A DNA stretch of 55,666 nucleotides, from the NCBI GenBank assembly GCA_039589375.1, contig JBDHHL010000002.1:1-55666 (forward strand). Reading direction: 5' to 3'. The notes under the pieces were generated by a model. It did no database searches. It was not told the DNA's origin and saw only the letters and a list, made by a program, of their open reading frames with translations. Source of the DNA: Gemmatimonadota bacterium (GTDB lineage: Bacteria > Gemmatimonadota > Gemmatimonadetes > Palauibacterales > KS3-K002). Of the stretch, positions 30,173 through 39,309 are shown piece after piece (position 1 is the first letter of the stretch; the number at the start of each line of letters is the position of its first letter). Made by a program: the position numbers and the translations under genes.

Positions 30173-30838
30173 ATGGTCCGAATCGCACCGAGCATCCTGA
30201 GCGCCGACTTCACTCACCTTGGCGAACAGATCGCCGAAGCTGAAGCTGCAGGTGCGGACTGGATACACGTGGACGTGATGGACGGGCATTTCGTGCCGAA
30301 CATCTCCGTCGGTCCGATGATCGTGGAGGCGGCACGACGCTCCACACAGCTGCCTCTCGACGTCCACCTCATGATCGAAGAGCCGGATCGTTATCTGCAC
30401 GAATTTGTCAGTGCCGGCGCAAACTGGCTCACCGTCCACCAGGAGACCTGTCAACACCTACATAGAACGGTACAGATAATCAGAGAGCTCGGAGCCCACC
30501 CGGGAGTTGCGGTTAACCCGGCCACACCGGTGGAGTCGCTGACCGAGATCCTGCCATTCGTGGACCTGATCCTAGTGATGACTGTGAACCCGGGCTTTGG
30601 AGGCCAGGAATTCATCGAGGAATCCTTGGCAAAGATCCGTCGGCTCCAACACCACATAGCTTCCATGGGCGGTCCTGGGCCCGTGATCGAGGTAGACGGA
30701 GGCATAGACCCAGAGACGGCGCCAGCGGTGGTGGCCGCCGGAGCCACCGTACTCGTTGCGGGTTCAGCGGTATTCTCCGGCGGCTCGATCAAGGACAATC
30801 TGCGAGCCCTCCGCCGCAGCCTGGCTGTGGATGTGTGA
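30173..30838 (+). CDS. rpe: Ribulose-phosphate 3-epimerase
   Basis: [17 protein letters not shown]...[18 protein letters not shown]...[13 protein letters not shown]...VDGGI. Confidence 0.93.
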   Translation: MVRIAPSILSADFTHLGEQIAEAEAAGADWIHVDVMDGHFVPNISVGPMIVEAARRSTQLPLDVHLMIEEPDRYLHEFVSAGANWLTVHQETCQHLHRTVQIIRELGAHPGVAVNPATPVESLTEILPFVDLILVMTVNPGFGGQEFIEESLAKIRRLQHHIASMGGPGPVIEVDGGIDPETAPAVVAAGATVLVAGSAVFSGGSIKDNLRALRRSLAVDV

Positions 30839-30936
30839 CTTTCGGGGAACCGAGCCTGGCCAGCCTGCGTTTCTATTGCGATTGGTTGCGGCTGTGATGA
30901 GAGCCGCTGACGGTGAACGATAGCTGACCGAGAAGA

Positions 30937-31038
30937 ATGCCCCGATTCGAGTGTACCAGTTGGCCTTGCATCTGTTGTAGCGGCGCCCATGCCGCCGCGC
31001 CGCGTTGCACTCGGGAGCGCAGTGATTCGATGAGTTGA
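30937..31038 (+). CDS. Candidate Cys-rich leader peptide (33 codons) of the cysteine operon
   Basis: ATG 30937; MPRFECTSWPCICCSGAHAAAPRCTRERSDSMS; TGA 31036-31038. Five Cys codons at 30952, 30967, 30973, 30976 and 31006. Weak purine-rich GAGAAGA upstream. Confidence 0.35.
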   Translation: MPRFECTSWPCICCSGAHAAAPRCTRERSDSMS

Positions 31039-31061
31039 GTCTCCCATTGACGAGCACCGAG

Positions 31062-31095
31062 ACGGCCGCGGCCTCGAACAGGACGCGGCCGTTTT
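31062..31095 (+). terminator. Intrinsic terminator/attenuator hairpin immediately upstream of the cysM-like gene
   Basis: ACGGCCGCG (31062-31070) pairs perfectly with CGCGGCCGT (31084-31092). 13-nt loop, then TTTCTGTC. Only about 25 nt remain before the 31121 ATG. Confidence 0.5.
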
Positions 31096-31120
31096 CTGTC
31101 TACCAGGAGTTAGCGAACCG

Positions 31121-32077
31121 ATGGCGGTCACTACGCGAGACAAGCCCCGAGCAGGCGTCCGAATCGAAACGCCGGCCTACGAGACGCCGGGTGTTGGGGA
31201 CATACAGGGCCTGGTCGGCAACACCCCGCTCGTGCCGCTCTCGCTTCCCGGCGTAGAGCCTGGAGTCCAAGTCCTCGCCAAGGCTGAGTGGCTCAACCCC
31301 GGCGGTTCCGTGAAGGATCGGGCCGCGCGAGCCATCGTACTAGACGCGGAATGGCGCGGCGAACTTCCGGGAAGGCGGCTGCTGGATGCCAGTTCCGGCA
31401 ACACCGCGATCGCGTATGCCATGCTGGGTGCCGCGCGGGGCTTCCCGGTGACGATTTGTCTGCCGGCCAGCGCGAGCGCAGAGCGGAGGACGCTGCTGCG
31501 AGCCTACGGCGCGCAGGTGATCGAGACCGAGCCGCTCGAGGGTTCGGACGGTGCAATCCTCGCGGCGAGGCAGCTAGCGAGCGAGAGGCCCGAACTCTAC
31601 TTCTACGCCGATCAGTACAACAACCCGGCCAACGCCCGTGCTCACTTCGAGACGACCGGGCCGGAGATCTGGCGCGGGACCCGCGGTGCCGTAACGCACG
31701 TGGTGTGCGGCCTGGGAACGAGCGGGACGTTGATGGGTGTGGGCCGTTACCTGAGAACGCACAACCCTGACATCGAGCTGATAGCGGTCCAACCCGACGA
31801 CGCGTTCCACGGGATCGAGGGCCTCAAGCATCTACCCACGTCCATCGTTCCCGGCATCTTTGATGCGTCGCTGCCCGACCGCACTGTTCGGGTGCGCACG
31901 GAGGAGGCATATGCTATGACGCGTCAGCTTGGCCTCGGCCTCGGTTTGCTGGTCGGTCCTTCATCCGGTGCCGCTGCCTTTGCCGCCCGGCAGCTGGCAT
32001 CGGAGCTTGGCCGAGGTTGCGTCGTGGCGCTCTTCCCGGATGGCGGCGAGCGTTATCTGAGTCTGAACCTCTGGTAG
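31121..32077 (+). CDS. cysM: Cysteine synthase family PLP enzyme (CysM-type by context)
   Basis: GNTPLVPL...NPGGSVKDRAA (PLP Lys)...SSGNTAIAYA...GTSGT. Followed by JAMM and sulfur-carrier/E1 genes, as in CysO-dependent cysteine synthesis. Confidence 0.85.
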   Translation: MAVTTRDKPRAGVRIETPAYETPGVGDIQGLVGNTPLVPLSLPGVEPGVQVLAKAEWLNPGGSVKDRAARAIVLDAEWRGELPGRRLLDASSGNTAIAYAMLGAARGFPVTICLPASASAERRTLLRAYGAQVIETEPLEGSDGAILAARQLASERPELYFYADQYNNPANARAHFETTGPEIWRGTRGAVTHVVCGLGTSGTLMGVGRYLRTHNPDIELIAVQPDDAFHGIEGLKHLPTSIVPGIFDASLPDRTVRVRTEEAYAMTRQLGLGLGLLVGPSSGAAAFAARQLASELGRGCVVALFPDGGERYLSLNLW

Positions 32078-32084
32078 GCATACG

Positions 32085-32582
32085 ATGGGTGAGATCCAGC
32101 AACGGAAGGAAGCCACGGTGACCGGCCCTCGTTTGGCACTCAGCCTCGATGTGGCTGCTGTGATCCGTGAGCACGTCGAGGCCGCCTACCCGGAGGAAGC
32201 GTGCGGAGGTTTGCTCGGAAACCCCAACGACGAGGGGAGTTGCCAGGTGATGGCCGCCGTACCGATCGAAAACTCCCGCAGCGGCCAGCGGAAGCGGCGC
32301 TACTTGATCGGCCCGGAAGATGTGTTGCAGCTAGAGAAAGACGCGGAAGCTGCAGGCCTTGAGGTGATCGGCTACTACCACTCGCATCCCAACGCGCCCC
32401 CGCTCCCTTCCGAGTTCGACCGGGAGCACGCCTGGCCATGGTACGCTTACCTGATCATCAGCGTTCATGCAGGGAAGTCAGTCGACGCGCAGGCGTGGAG
32501 ACTCGCTGAGGATCGTGAGGCTTTCGATCCCGTCCATATCGACCCGACGGTATCACTGACCACAGAGATCGGTAGACAATGA
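32085..32582 (+). CDS. JAMM/MPN+ metalloprotease (Mec-like)
   Basis: EEACGGLLG and YHSHPNAPPLPSEFD (E...HxHx7Sx2D JAMM motif). Alternative in-frame GTG at 32118 with GGAAGGAA upstream. Confidence 0.85.
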   Translation: MGEIQQRKEATVTGPRLALSLDVAAVIREHVEAAYPEEACGGLLGNPNDEGSCQVMAAVPIENSRSGQRKRRYLIGPEDVLQLEKDAEAAGLEVIGYYHSHPNAPPLPSEFDREHAWPWYAYLIISVHAGKSVDAQAWRLAEDREAFDPVHIDPTVSLTTEIGRQ

Positions 32583-34033
32583 AGACGATATCGATAGTCG
32601 TTCCCACTCCGTTGCGGCAGTACACGGACGGCCGCGATACCGTTGACGTGGAGGCATCCACGGTCAGCGAAGCGCTCGCTGCCCTCACAGAACGACACTC
32701 GGCTCTGAAGAGCCATCTGTACTCCGAAGACGGGCAGCTGCGGAGTTTCGTGAACATCTACCTAAACGACGAGAATATCCGCTACCTTGAGGGAGAAGGC
32801 TTTGCAAGCCTGAAGAGCGGAGACGAGATAAGAATCGTACCTTCTATCGCTGGCGGAGTGACAAAGCTGGAGATGGACCACGTGGAGCTAAGCCCTCAAG
32901 AGATCCGGCGCTACGCCCGGCACATCATCATGCCCGAGGTCGGGTTGGAGGGGCAGACGAAACTGAAGGAGGCGCGGGTACTCCTCGTGGGGGCCGGCGG
33001 CCTTGGCTCGCCGGCCTCCCTATACCTGGCGGCCGCCGGCGTGGGGACGCTGGGCCTAGTGGATTTCGACGTTGTGGAATACAGCAACCTGCAGCGGCAG
33101 GTCATCCATGGCATGGGCGACGTAGGGCGCCCAAAAGTGCACTCGGCGCGCGCCCGGCTCCTGGACATTAGCCCGGAGATCGCGGTCGAGACCCACGAGG
33201 TGCGGCTGACATCGGAGAACGCGCTGGAGATACTCGATGGCTACGACATCGTCGTGGATGGCACCGACAATTTCCCAACTCGCTACCTGGTGAACGACGC
33301 CTGCGTCTTACTCGGCAAGGCTAACGTCTACGGTTCCATTTTCAGGTTCGAAGGGCAGGCATCCGTATTCTACGCCAAGGATGGGCCATGCTACCGCTGC
33401 TTGTTCCGCGAGCCGCCGCCGCCGGGTCTCGTACCGTCATGCGCAGAGGGAGGCGTACTAGGCGTTCTGCCGGGAATCGTCGGCGCCATCCAGGCCAACG
33501 AGACGATCAAGCTGATAATCGGTCAAGGCGAGTCGCTGATCGGTCGGCTGCTGCTATTCGATGCTCTGCGCATGAGTTTCCGGGAACTACGCTTGCGCAA
33601 GGACCCGGACTGCCCAATCTGCGGTCAGCAGGCTACGATTCGGCAGTTGATAGACTACGAGGCGTTCTGCGGCGTCGGCGCTGCCCAGCAGGAGCAGGCG
33701 ACAGCCGATGGCGTAGTACCGGCAATCACGGCCTCCGAACTCAAGACACGACTCGACGCCAACGATGTGATTCGAGTAATCGACGTTCGCGAGCCGTACG
33801 AGTTGAAGATCTGCAGCCTCGAAACGGCTGAGCCGATCCCATTTCGTGCCGTACCCGACCGAGTGTCGGAGCTGAGTACCGCCGAGGATATCGTCGTGAT
33901 CTGCCGTAGCGGGCGGCGCAGCGCTGATGTCGTTCGCTACCTTCGGGAAAAGGGCTACACCAAGGTCTACAACCTGAAGGGAGGTTTGCTGGCGTGGTCG
34001 GACGAAGTGGACCCATCGATGCACAGGTACTAA
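32579..34033 (+). CDS. Tri-domain fusion: ThiS/MoaD/CysO-like beta-grasp sulfur carrier (aa 1-93, ends AGG) + MoeB/ThiF-type E1 adenylyltransferase + C-terminal rhodanese (MoeZ-like)
   Basis: ...GDEIRIVPSIAGG | VTKLE | MDHVELSPQEIRRYARHIIMPEVG...LLVGAGGLGSPASLYLAAAGVG...CYRC...CPIC...rhodanese VICRSGRRS. ATGA overlap with the JAMM stop. Confidence 0.88.
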   Translation: MKTISIVVPTPLRQYTDGRDTVDVEASTVSEALAALTERHSALKSHLYSEDGQLRSFVNIYLNDENIRYLEGEGFASLKSGDEIRIVPSIAGGVTKLEMDHVELSPQEIRRYARHIIMPEVGLEGQTKLKEARVLLVGAGGLGSPASLYLAAAGVGTLGLVDFDVVEYSNLQRQVIHGMGDVGRPKVHSARARLLDISPEIAVETHEVRLTSENALEILDGYDIVVDGTDNFPTRYLVNDACVLLGKANVYGSIFRFEGQASVFYAKDGPCYRCLFREPPPPGLVPSCAEGGVLGVLPGIVGAIQANETIKLIIGQGESLIGRLLLFDALRMSFRELRLRKDPDCPICGQQATIRQLIDYEAFCGVGAAQQEQATADGVVPAITASELKTRLDANDVIRVIDVREPYELKICSLETAEPIPFRAVPDRVSELSTAEDIVVICRSGRRSADVVRYLREKGYTKVYNLKGGLLAWSDEVDPSMHRY

Positions 34034-34053
34034 GGAAGACAGACTAGAGACAC

Positions 34054-34863
34054 GTGCCGCATTCGTATTTTTCGGGCGAGCCACTGGTACTCGCGCACCG
34101 TGGGGCCTCCGGCTACGCGCCGGATCACACGCTTCCAGCCCTGGAAATGGCGTTCGAGCAGGGGGCAGATGCCATCGAGGTCGACGTCCATCTTTCGCGC
34201 GACGGACACCCCGTCCTTCACCACGGCGGCGATCTTTCTGAGAACACGGAAGGGCGAGGTCCCGTCAACGAGTACACGCTGGACCAATTGCGGCAGTTTG
34301 ACGCCGGGTACCTCTTCTCGAGCGACGACGGCACCAGCTACCCTTACCGAGGGAAAGGGCAGCAGATCACTACACTGGCCGAAGCCCTTACGACTTTCCC
34401 ACAGGCCCGTTTCAACCTGGACGTCAAGGAACGACGTGCCGCCCGGCCGACCCGTGAACTGATCGACCGACACGGAGCGGGCGACCGCGTTCTGATCGCA
34501 TCATGGTACTCGTGGCAGCGAGCCCCCGCGCTTCGCGGCTATCCCGGCCCTTGTAGCATCACCATGGACCAGATGCTCCCTTTCCTGCTACTTCACTGGA
34601 CTCGGCTCGACGGCCTTTGGGACGCGCGTATCGACGCCATGCAGCTACCCGAACGACAGTGGGGCTTACGCGTGGTGACGCCCAGGCTAATCGAGCGTGC
34701 TCACCGGCTGGGCATGCGCGTCCACGTCTGGACGGTAGATGAAGAGGCCGACATGGACAGGTTGCTCGACTGGGGCGTAGACGGCATCATCACCAATAAG
34801 CCCGACTTGGCCGTCAAGGCCCGGGCACGCCACCTTGGACAACCACGAGAGATCAACGCCTAG
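34054..34863 (+). CDS. Glycerophosphodiester phosphodiesterase
   Basis: LVLAHRGASGYAPDHTLPALEMAFEQGADAIEVDVHLSRDGHPVLHH...VHVWTVDE...GVDGIITNKPD. GTG start. Confidence 0.88.
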   Translation: MPHSYFSGEPLVLAHRGASGYAPDHTLPALEMAFEQGADAIEVDVHLSRDGHPVLHHGGDLSENTEGRGPVNEYTLDQLRQFDAGYLFSSDDGTSYPYRGKGQQITTLAEALTTFPQARFNLDVKERRAARPTRELIDRHGAGDRVLIASWYSWQRAPALRGYPGPCSITMDQMLPFLLLHWTRLDGLWDARIDAMQLPERQWGLRVVTPRLIERAHRLGMRVHVWTVDEEADMDRLLDWGVDGIITNKPDLAVKARARHLGQPREINA

Positions 34864-34878
34864 AAGCTAGGGTGCCGT

Positions 34879-36075
34879 ATGGACTACTCAACCTATAGGT
34901 TCGTGCGTGGCAGGGTGCTGCTTCGCGTTATGTGGATCCCCATCATATTGAGCCTGATGGTGACAGAGACATTTGCCCAAAACGACCGTCCGCGAGCACG
35001 GGAATTAGGCATCGCGCCCGGCATTTTTCAGCCCGGTGACTACAACGCGATCACCGACGTCTCGGGGGTGCGCGTTGGCCAGACCACGGTCTGGGAAGGT
35101 GACTCGATCCGAACCGGTGTTACCGTAATCCTCCCCCACGATGGCAACATTTTCCGCGAACGCGTCCCGGCGGCCATGTACGTTGCCAACGGTTTCGGCA
35201 AGCTTCTCGGCATAACGCAGGTACAGGAACTCGGCGAGCTCGAGACGCCCATCGCGCTGACCTGCACCCTCTGCGTGTGGCGCGTGGCCGATGCCATGGT
35301 GGAGTACCTTCTGGCCCAGAAGGGAATGGAGGGCGTGCGCTCGATCAACCCGGTCGTCGGCGAAACAAACGACGGCTACCTCAACGATATCCGCGTGCGG
35401 CCGATCCGCCCGGAGCACGTAGTGAGCGCCCTCGAATCCGCCGCGAGCGGCCCGGTCGCCGAAGGCGCGGTGGGAGCAGGAACCGGTACCCAGGCTTTCG
35501 GCTGGAAAGGGGGAATCGGTACAAGCTCGCGTCTCCTTCCCGATGGACTGGGTGGGTGGACCGTCGGTGTGCTTGTGCAGTCGAACTTCGGCGGAGTCCT
35601 CCAGATGCTCGGTGCGCCCATAGGGATCGAGCTGGGCCGGTACATGTACCGCAGTCAAGTCGAAGGCACAGGAGGAGAAGACGGAGACGACGGAGACGGC
35701 TCGATAATGGTCGTTGTTGCGACGGATGCACCGCTGTCACATCGCAATATCGAGCGTCTCGCCTCGCGCGCCGTTCTTGGGCTCGCCCGTACGGGAGCAC
35801 CCGGCTCGAACGGAAGCGGGGACTACGTTATCGCCTTCTCCAACGCCTCGTCCGTCAGACGCCAGCCCGGGATCCGGGAGCCCATAACGGTAAGCGACCT
35901 TCCCAATGACGCTATGACAGCTCTTTTCCAGGCGGCCGTGGAGGCGACGGAAGAAGCTGTCTATAATTCGCTGTTCAAAGCCGTGACGGTAAGTGGCCAC
36001 CACGGAACGACCGAGGCATTACCAATCGACAAGACAATCGAGATACTCGCCAGGCATGGCTTGCCGAGGAGATAG
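34879..36075 (+). CDS. P1/S58 family peptidase (DmpA / beta-aminopeptidase-like), secreted
   Basis: NAITDVSGVRVGQTT...RTGVTVILP...VVGETNDGYLNDI...GAVGAGTGT...GGIGTSS. Signal-like N-terminus. Confidence 0.85.
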   Translation: MDYSTYRFVRGRVLLRVMWIPIILSLMVTETFAQNDRPRARELGIAPGIFQPGDYNAITDVSGVRVGQTTVWEGDSIRTGVTVILPHDGNIFRERVPAAMYVANGFGKLLGITQVQELGELETPIALTCTLCVWRVADAMVEYLLAQKGMEGVRSINPVVGETNDGYLNDIRVRPIRPEHVVSALESAASGPVAEGAVGAGTGTQAFGWKGGIGTSSRLLPDGLGGWTVGVLVQSNFGGVLQMLGAPIGIELGRYMYRSQVEGTGGEDGDDGDGSIMVVVATDAPLSHRNIERLASRAVLGLARTGAPGSNGSGDYVIAFSNASSVRRQPGIREPITVSDLPNDAMTALFQAAVEATEEAVYNSLFKAVTVSGHHGTTEALPIDKTIEILARHGLPRR

Positions 36076-36078
36076 AGC

Positions 36079-36291
36079 ATGGCAGGGACTCCGGAAGACC
36101 AACCGTCCGGCAGCGACCGCCGGAGCAACTTCGAGCTCAGGGAACGGCTGGACGAAATCATAGCCATGGCTAGAAAGCTGAGCCAGGACGGCACCACCAT
36201 GTCCCGGGAAGAGCTCGATAGTGTTCGCGCGCGGATCGAGTGGCTGGCTGAGGAGATCTGGGGAGCCGCAGTCTACGGGCCGCTGGAGTAG
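36079..36291 (+). CDS. Small hypothetical protein (70 aa)
   Basis: ATG 3 nt after the upstream stop, with GGAGA upstream. Helical, charged sequence. No family recognised. Confidence 0.45.
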   Translation: MAGTPEDQPSGSDRRSNFELRERLDEIIAMARKLSQDGTTMSREELDSVRARIEWLAEEIWGAAVYGPLE

Positions 36292-36319
36292 CTGCCAGTA
36301 AGAACGCCGCCGAGCGCTG

Positions 36320-37289
36320 TTACGGCACGTCGACGGTTGAGTTGAACTCGCTGCTCAGCAAAGCATCCCGGACAGCCTTGCAGATCTCTATGCCAGAGAG
36401 GGTCTGGGCTTCTTGTGTAGCAGCTCCCAGGTGCGGAACCGCCAGCACATTGTCCAACTTCAGCAAGGGATGATCCAGAGGAGGGGGCTCCTGCTCGAAG
36501 ACATCGAGCGCGGCACCGGCTAGCCTCTTCTCCTCGAGCGCTGCAACGAGCGCGGCCTCATCCACTACCCCGCCACGAGCCGCGTTGACGAGATAGGCGC
36601 TCGGCTTCATCAGCGCCAGTTCCTCGGCCCCAAGCAGCCCGTGGGTCTCCTCGGTGAGCGGCGTATGGATCGAGACGACGTCGGCTCGGCCCAGAAGAGT
36701 CGATAGCGCGGCCAACTCGGCGCCCATCTCCTCCGCGCGTTCCCGGGACAGATAGGGGTCGTACACAAGGACATGCATCCCCAACGCCTTCGCACGCCGG
36801 GCCACCTCCGAGCCGATCCGCCCGGCACCTACCAGACCCAACGTCTTACGATGCAGCTCGCCCCCCCTGAAGCGAACTCGCTCCCACTCGCCGCGCCTGA
36901 GAGACGCGCTTGCCTGTGCGATGTGGCGCACAAGAGCGAGCATGAGGCCCAGGGTGAACTCGGCAGCCGAGATGATGTTGCCACCCGGAGAGTTGAGCAC
37001 CGCAATCCCAAGCCGATTGGCGACTTCCACGTCGATGTTGTCGATGCCTACGCCGGCACGCCCGATGACCTTCAGCCGCCCAGCCGCTGACAGGACCTCT
37101 TCCGTGACCCGCCGTGCGGCTTCGGACGATGATGGCGTCGTAGTCGCCGATGATCGGAATCAGTTCACTAGGGCTGATGGTGGGTCGCTCGTCGACAACT
37201 ATCCCCTCGGAAGCCCGCAGGATCTCAATGCCATCCGGTGTTATGGCATCGGCAAGCAGAACACGGAACGTGCGATCGACTTCTGCCAT
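36320..37289 (-). pseudogene. serA: D-3-phosphoglycerate dehydrogenase-type 2-hydroxyacid dehydrogenase (short form) interrupted by a 1-nt frameshift
   Basis: The N-terminal ORF (36846..37289) reads ...GDYDAIIVRSRTA, then goes out of frame. Homology resumes in the other frame as VTEEVLSAAGRLKVIGRAGVGIDNIDVEVANRLGIAVLNSPGGN...GLVGAGRIGS (36320..37030 ORF). The switch is at the G-run around 37108-37113. Confidence 0.75.
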
Positions 37290-37302
37290 CTCGGTGTCGC
37301 CT

Positions 37303-38397
37303 TCACTCCTTCATGATGAGCTCGATCTGTTCCAGCAAAGCCTCGAGCTCGTCCAATGTATGGTCGCCCATGTGGCCGATCCGGAAGGTCCGCTCCTTCA
37401 GTCTCCCGTATCCCGATGCGATCGTGAAGCCGCGTTCCGCCAGCTTCCGAGTGATCTCGACTCCGCTAAGCTCGTCGGGCAGCTGTACGCAAGTGACGGA
37501 CGGCGAACGGCGGCCTTCGGCTGCCAGCACCCGCAACTCGATGCCGTGCCGCTCCTGCATTTCATCGACCCAACGCCACGTGCGCTCCGCCATCGCTTCA
37601 TGTCTAGCCCAACGGGCATCGAGTCCTTCCGCCTCGATGCGCGCCAGCTGTTCATCGAGAGCGTAGAGTAGAGAGACGGCAGGCGTGTTCGACGTTTGGT
37701 TGTTGGCGGCAGCGTTCTCTAGGGCGTCGAAGTCAAAGTAAAGGCCGCGACCCGACACATCCAATGACCGCTCGTAGGCGCGCTGCGATGCGACTCCGAA
37801 GGCAAGCCCCGGTGGCAAAGCCATGCCCTTTTGGGAACCGGTCAGGGCGAAATCAAGGCCCCAGCCATCCACTTCCACCGGCGTAGCCCCCACGGACGTC
37901 ACGCAGTCCACAAGCACAAGAGTATCAGGCGCGACCTGGCGGATCGCCTCGGCGATGGCCTCTATCGAATTCAACACACCGGTCGAGGTCTCGGAATGCA
38001 CTACCGTTACCACGTCATACTCGCGCCGATCCAGCGCGTCGACGAGAGTCTCCGGCTCGTTCGATTCTCCCGGCTCGACGTCGAGCCGGTCGGCCTCTCT
38101 GCCGCAAGCGACGGCAATCTTGTAGAACCGCTCGCTGAAGGCGCCGCACACCATGGACAGCACCGTCCGCGGCGCACAGTTGCGGATAGCCGCCTCCATA
38201 AGGCCGGTGGCCGATGAGGTAGAGACATATACCGGGCGCTCCGTCCCAAACAGCCGGCGCAGTCGCGGGGAGACGCGTCCCATCAACGCCTCCATGTCCG
38301 CACCGCGATGACCGATGACTGGGCGCAGCATCGCCCTCAGCAATTCGGGCCTCACCTCGGTGGGGCCCGGGAGAAAGTATCTGCCGAACTCTGACAT
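37303..38397 (-). CDS. Class V aminotransferase (serine-pyruvate/glyoxylate or phosphoserine aminotransferase type)
   Basis: FLPGPTEV...VVHSETSTGVLN...LVDCVTSVG...GSQKGMALPPGL (PLP Lys). Lies 13 nt upstream of the serA-like gene. Confidence 0.88.
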   Translation of the reverse strand: MSEFGRYFLPGPTEVRPELLRAMLRPVIGHRGADMEALMGRVSPRLRRLFGTERPVYVSTSSATGLMEAAIRNCAPRTVLSMVCGAFSERFYKIAVACGREADRLDVEPGESNEPETLVDALDRREYDVVTVVHSETSTGVLNSIEAIAEAIRQVAPDTLVLVDCVTSVGATPVEVDGWGLDFALTGSQKGMALPPGLAFGVASQRAYERSLDVSGRGLYFDFDALENAAANNQTSNTPAVSLLYALDEQLARIEAEGLDARWARHEAMAERTWRWVDEMQERHGIELRVLAAEGRRSPSVTCVQLPDELSGVEITRKLAERGFTIASGYGRLKERTFRIGHMGDHTLDELEALLEQIELIMKE

Positions 38398-38535
38398 TAT
38401 CCTGAAGCTGGACTGAGTCGCTAGCGAAGCCGTGCGGGACCAGGCCGGTTCGCCCTTCCCCGCGGTTCACACCGTATCTAGATTATCGCCCGTTTCCAAC
38501 ACAATGCAACAGCGAACGAAAGCGGTAACCGGCCA

Positions 38536-39276
38536 ATGAGCAAGAAGCAGAACCAGAAGCAGGGCGCTGAGCGAAACAAATGCCCCGGCTGCGGGACGCG
38601 GGTCGACGCAACCGACAAGTTCTGTCGCCAGTGCGGCGTGCCACTCGCCGCCGGAGCCAAGGCGAACGGTGGGATGCGAGGGCTGATCGGGCTACGAGGC
38701 TTCGGCCTGGCCATCCTCGCGCTCGCGGTATTCTACGCCGTGCTGCAGTACGGGGGCGGCGGATCGACGGAGTCCGATCAGGCGCCCGCACAGCGCATCT
38801 CCATTTCAGAACTCGGTCGCGGTAGCCCGACCGCTTCCCCGAACCCGCGGCTGGCAGCCGATCAGCTGTTCAATGAAGCGCTGACCGCCTACGAGAGCGG
38901 CGACAGCGCGGGCGCGGCACAGTTCATACCCATGGCTTTGAGCGAGTATCGCGGCCTCGCCGACCTCGACTTGGACGCCCGATACCATGTGGCGCTACTC
39001 GAGCTCGCGGCGAGTCAACCGCGATCAGCGCTCGCGCAGGCAGACACGATGCTCGCTCAGGTCCCCAACCATCTCTTCGGATTGCTGGTCGCCGCCCGCG
39101 CTCACGACTTGCTGGGCCAACCCGAACAAGCAGCGGACTACTATCAGCTGTTCCTAGACGCGTACACGCCGGACGTGGCGGCATCGCGCCAAGAGTACCT
39201 CGATCATGGCCGCGCGCTACCGGCGCGCCAGCAGATGGCCCTCGAATACCTGCGGGCTCAGGGACGCAATCCGTAG
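38536..39276 (+). CDS. Hypothetical zinc-ribbon + TM + TPR-like protein
   Basis: CPGCGTRVDATDKFCRQCG. TM GFGLAILALAVFYAVL. Helical repeat-like C-terminal half. Confidence 0.6.
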   Translation: MSKKQNQKQGAERNKCPGCGTRVDATDKFCRQCGVPLAAGAKANGGMRGLIGLRGFGLAILALAVFYAVLQYGGGGSTESDQAPAQRISISELGRGSPTASPNPRLAADQLFNEALTAYESGDSAGAAQFIPMALSEYRGLADLDLDARYHVALLELAASQPRSALAQADTMLAQVPNHLFGLLVAARAHDLLGQPEQAADYYQLFLDAYTPDVAASRQEYLDHGRALPARQQMALEYLRAQGRNP

Positions 39277-39309
39277 GCCCGGTAGAGACTCAAGTCGCGT
39301 GAGGTGATC

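Noticed and set aside
31121-34033. The E1-like, JAMM and ubiquitin-like combination could be a Bil-type or CBASS-associated (Cap2/Cap3-like) antiphage conjugation system.
   Set aside because: There is no E2-like domain or effector. The E1 carries a rhodanese domain, and the operon starts with a cysteine synthase. This is the signature of CysO/MoeZ/Mec sulfur-carrier cysteine biosynthesis, not a conjugation or defence system.
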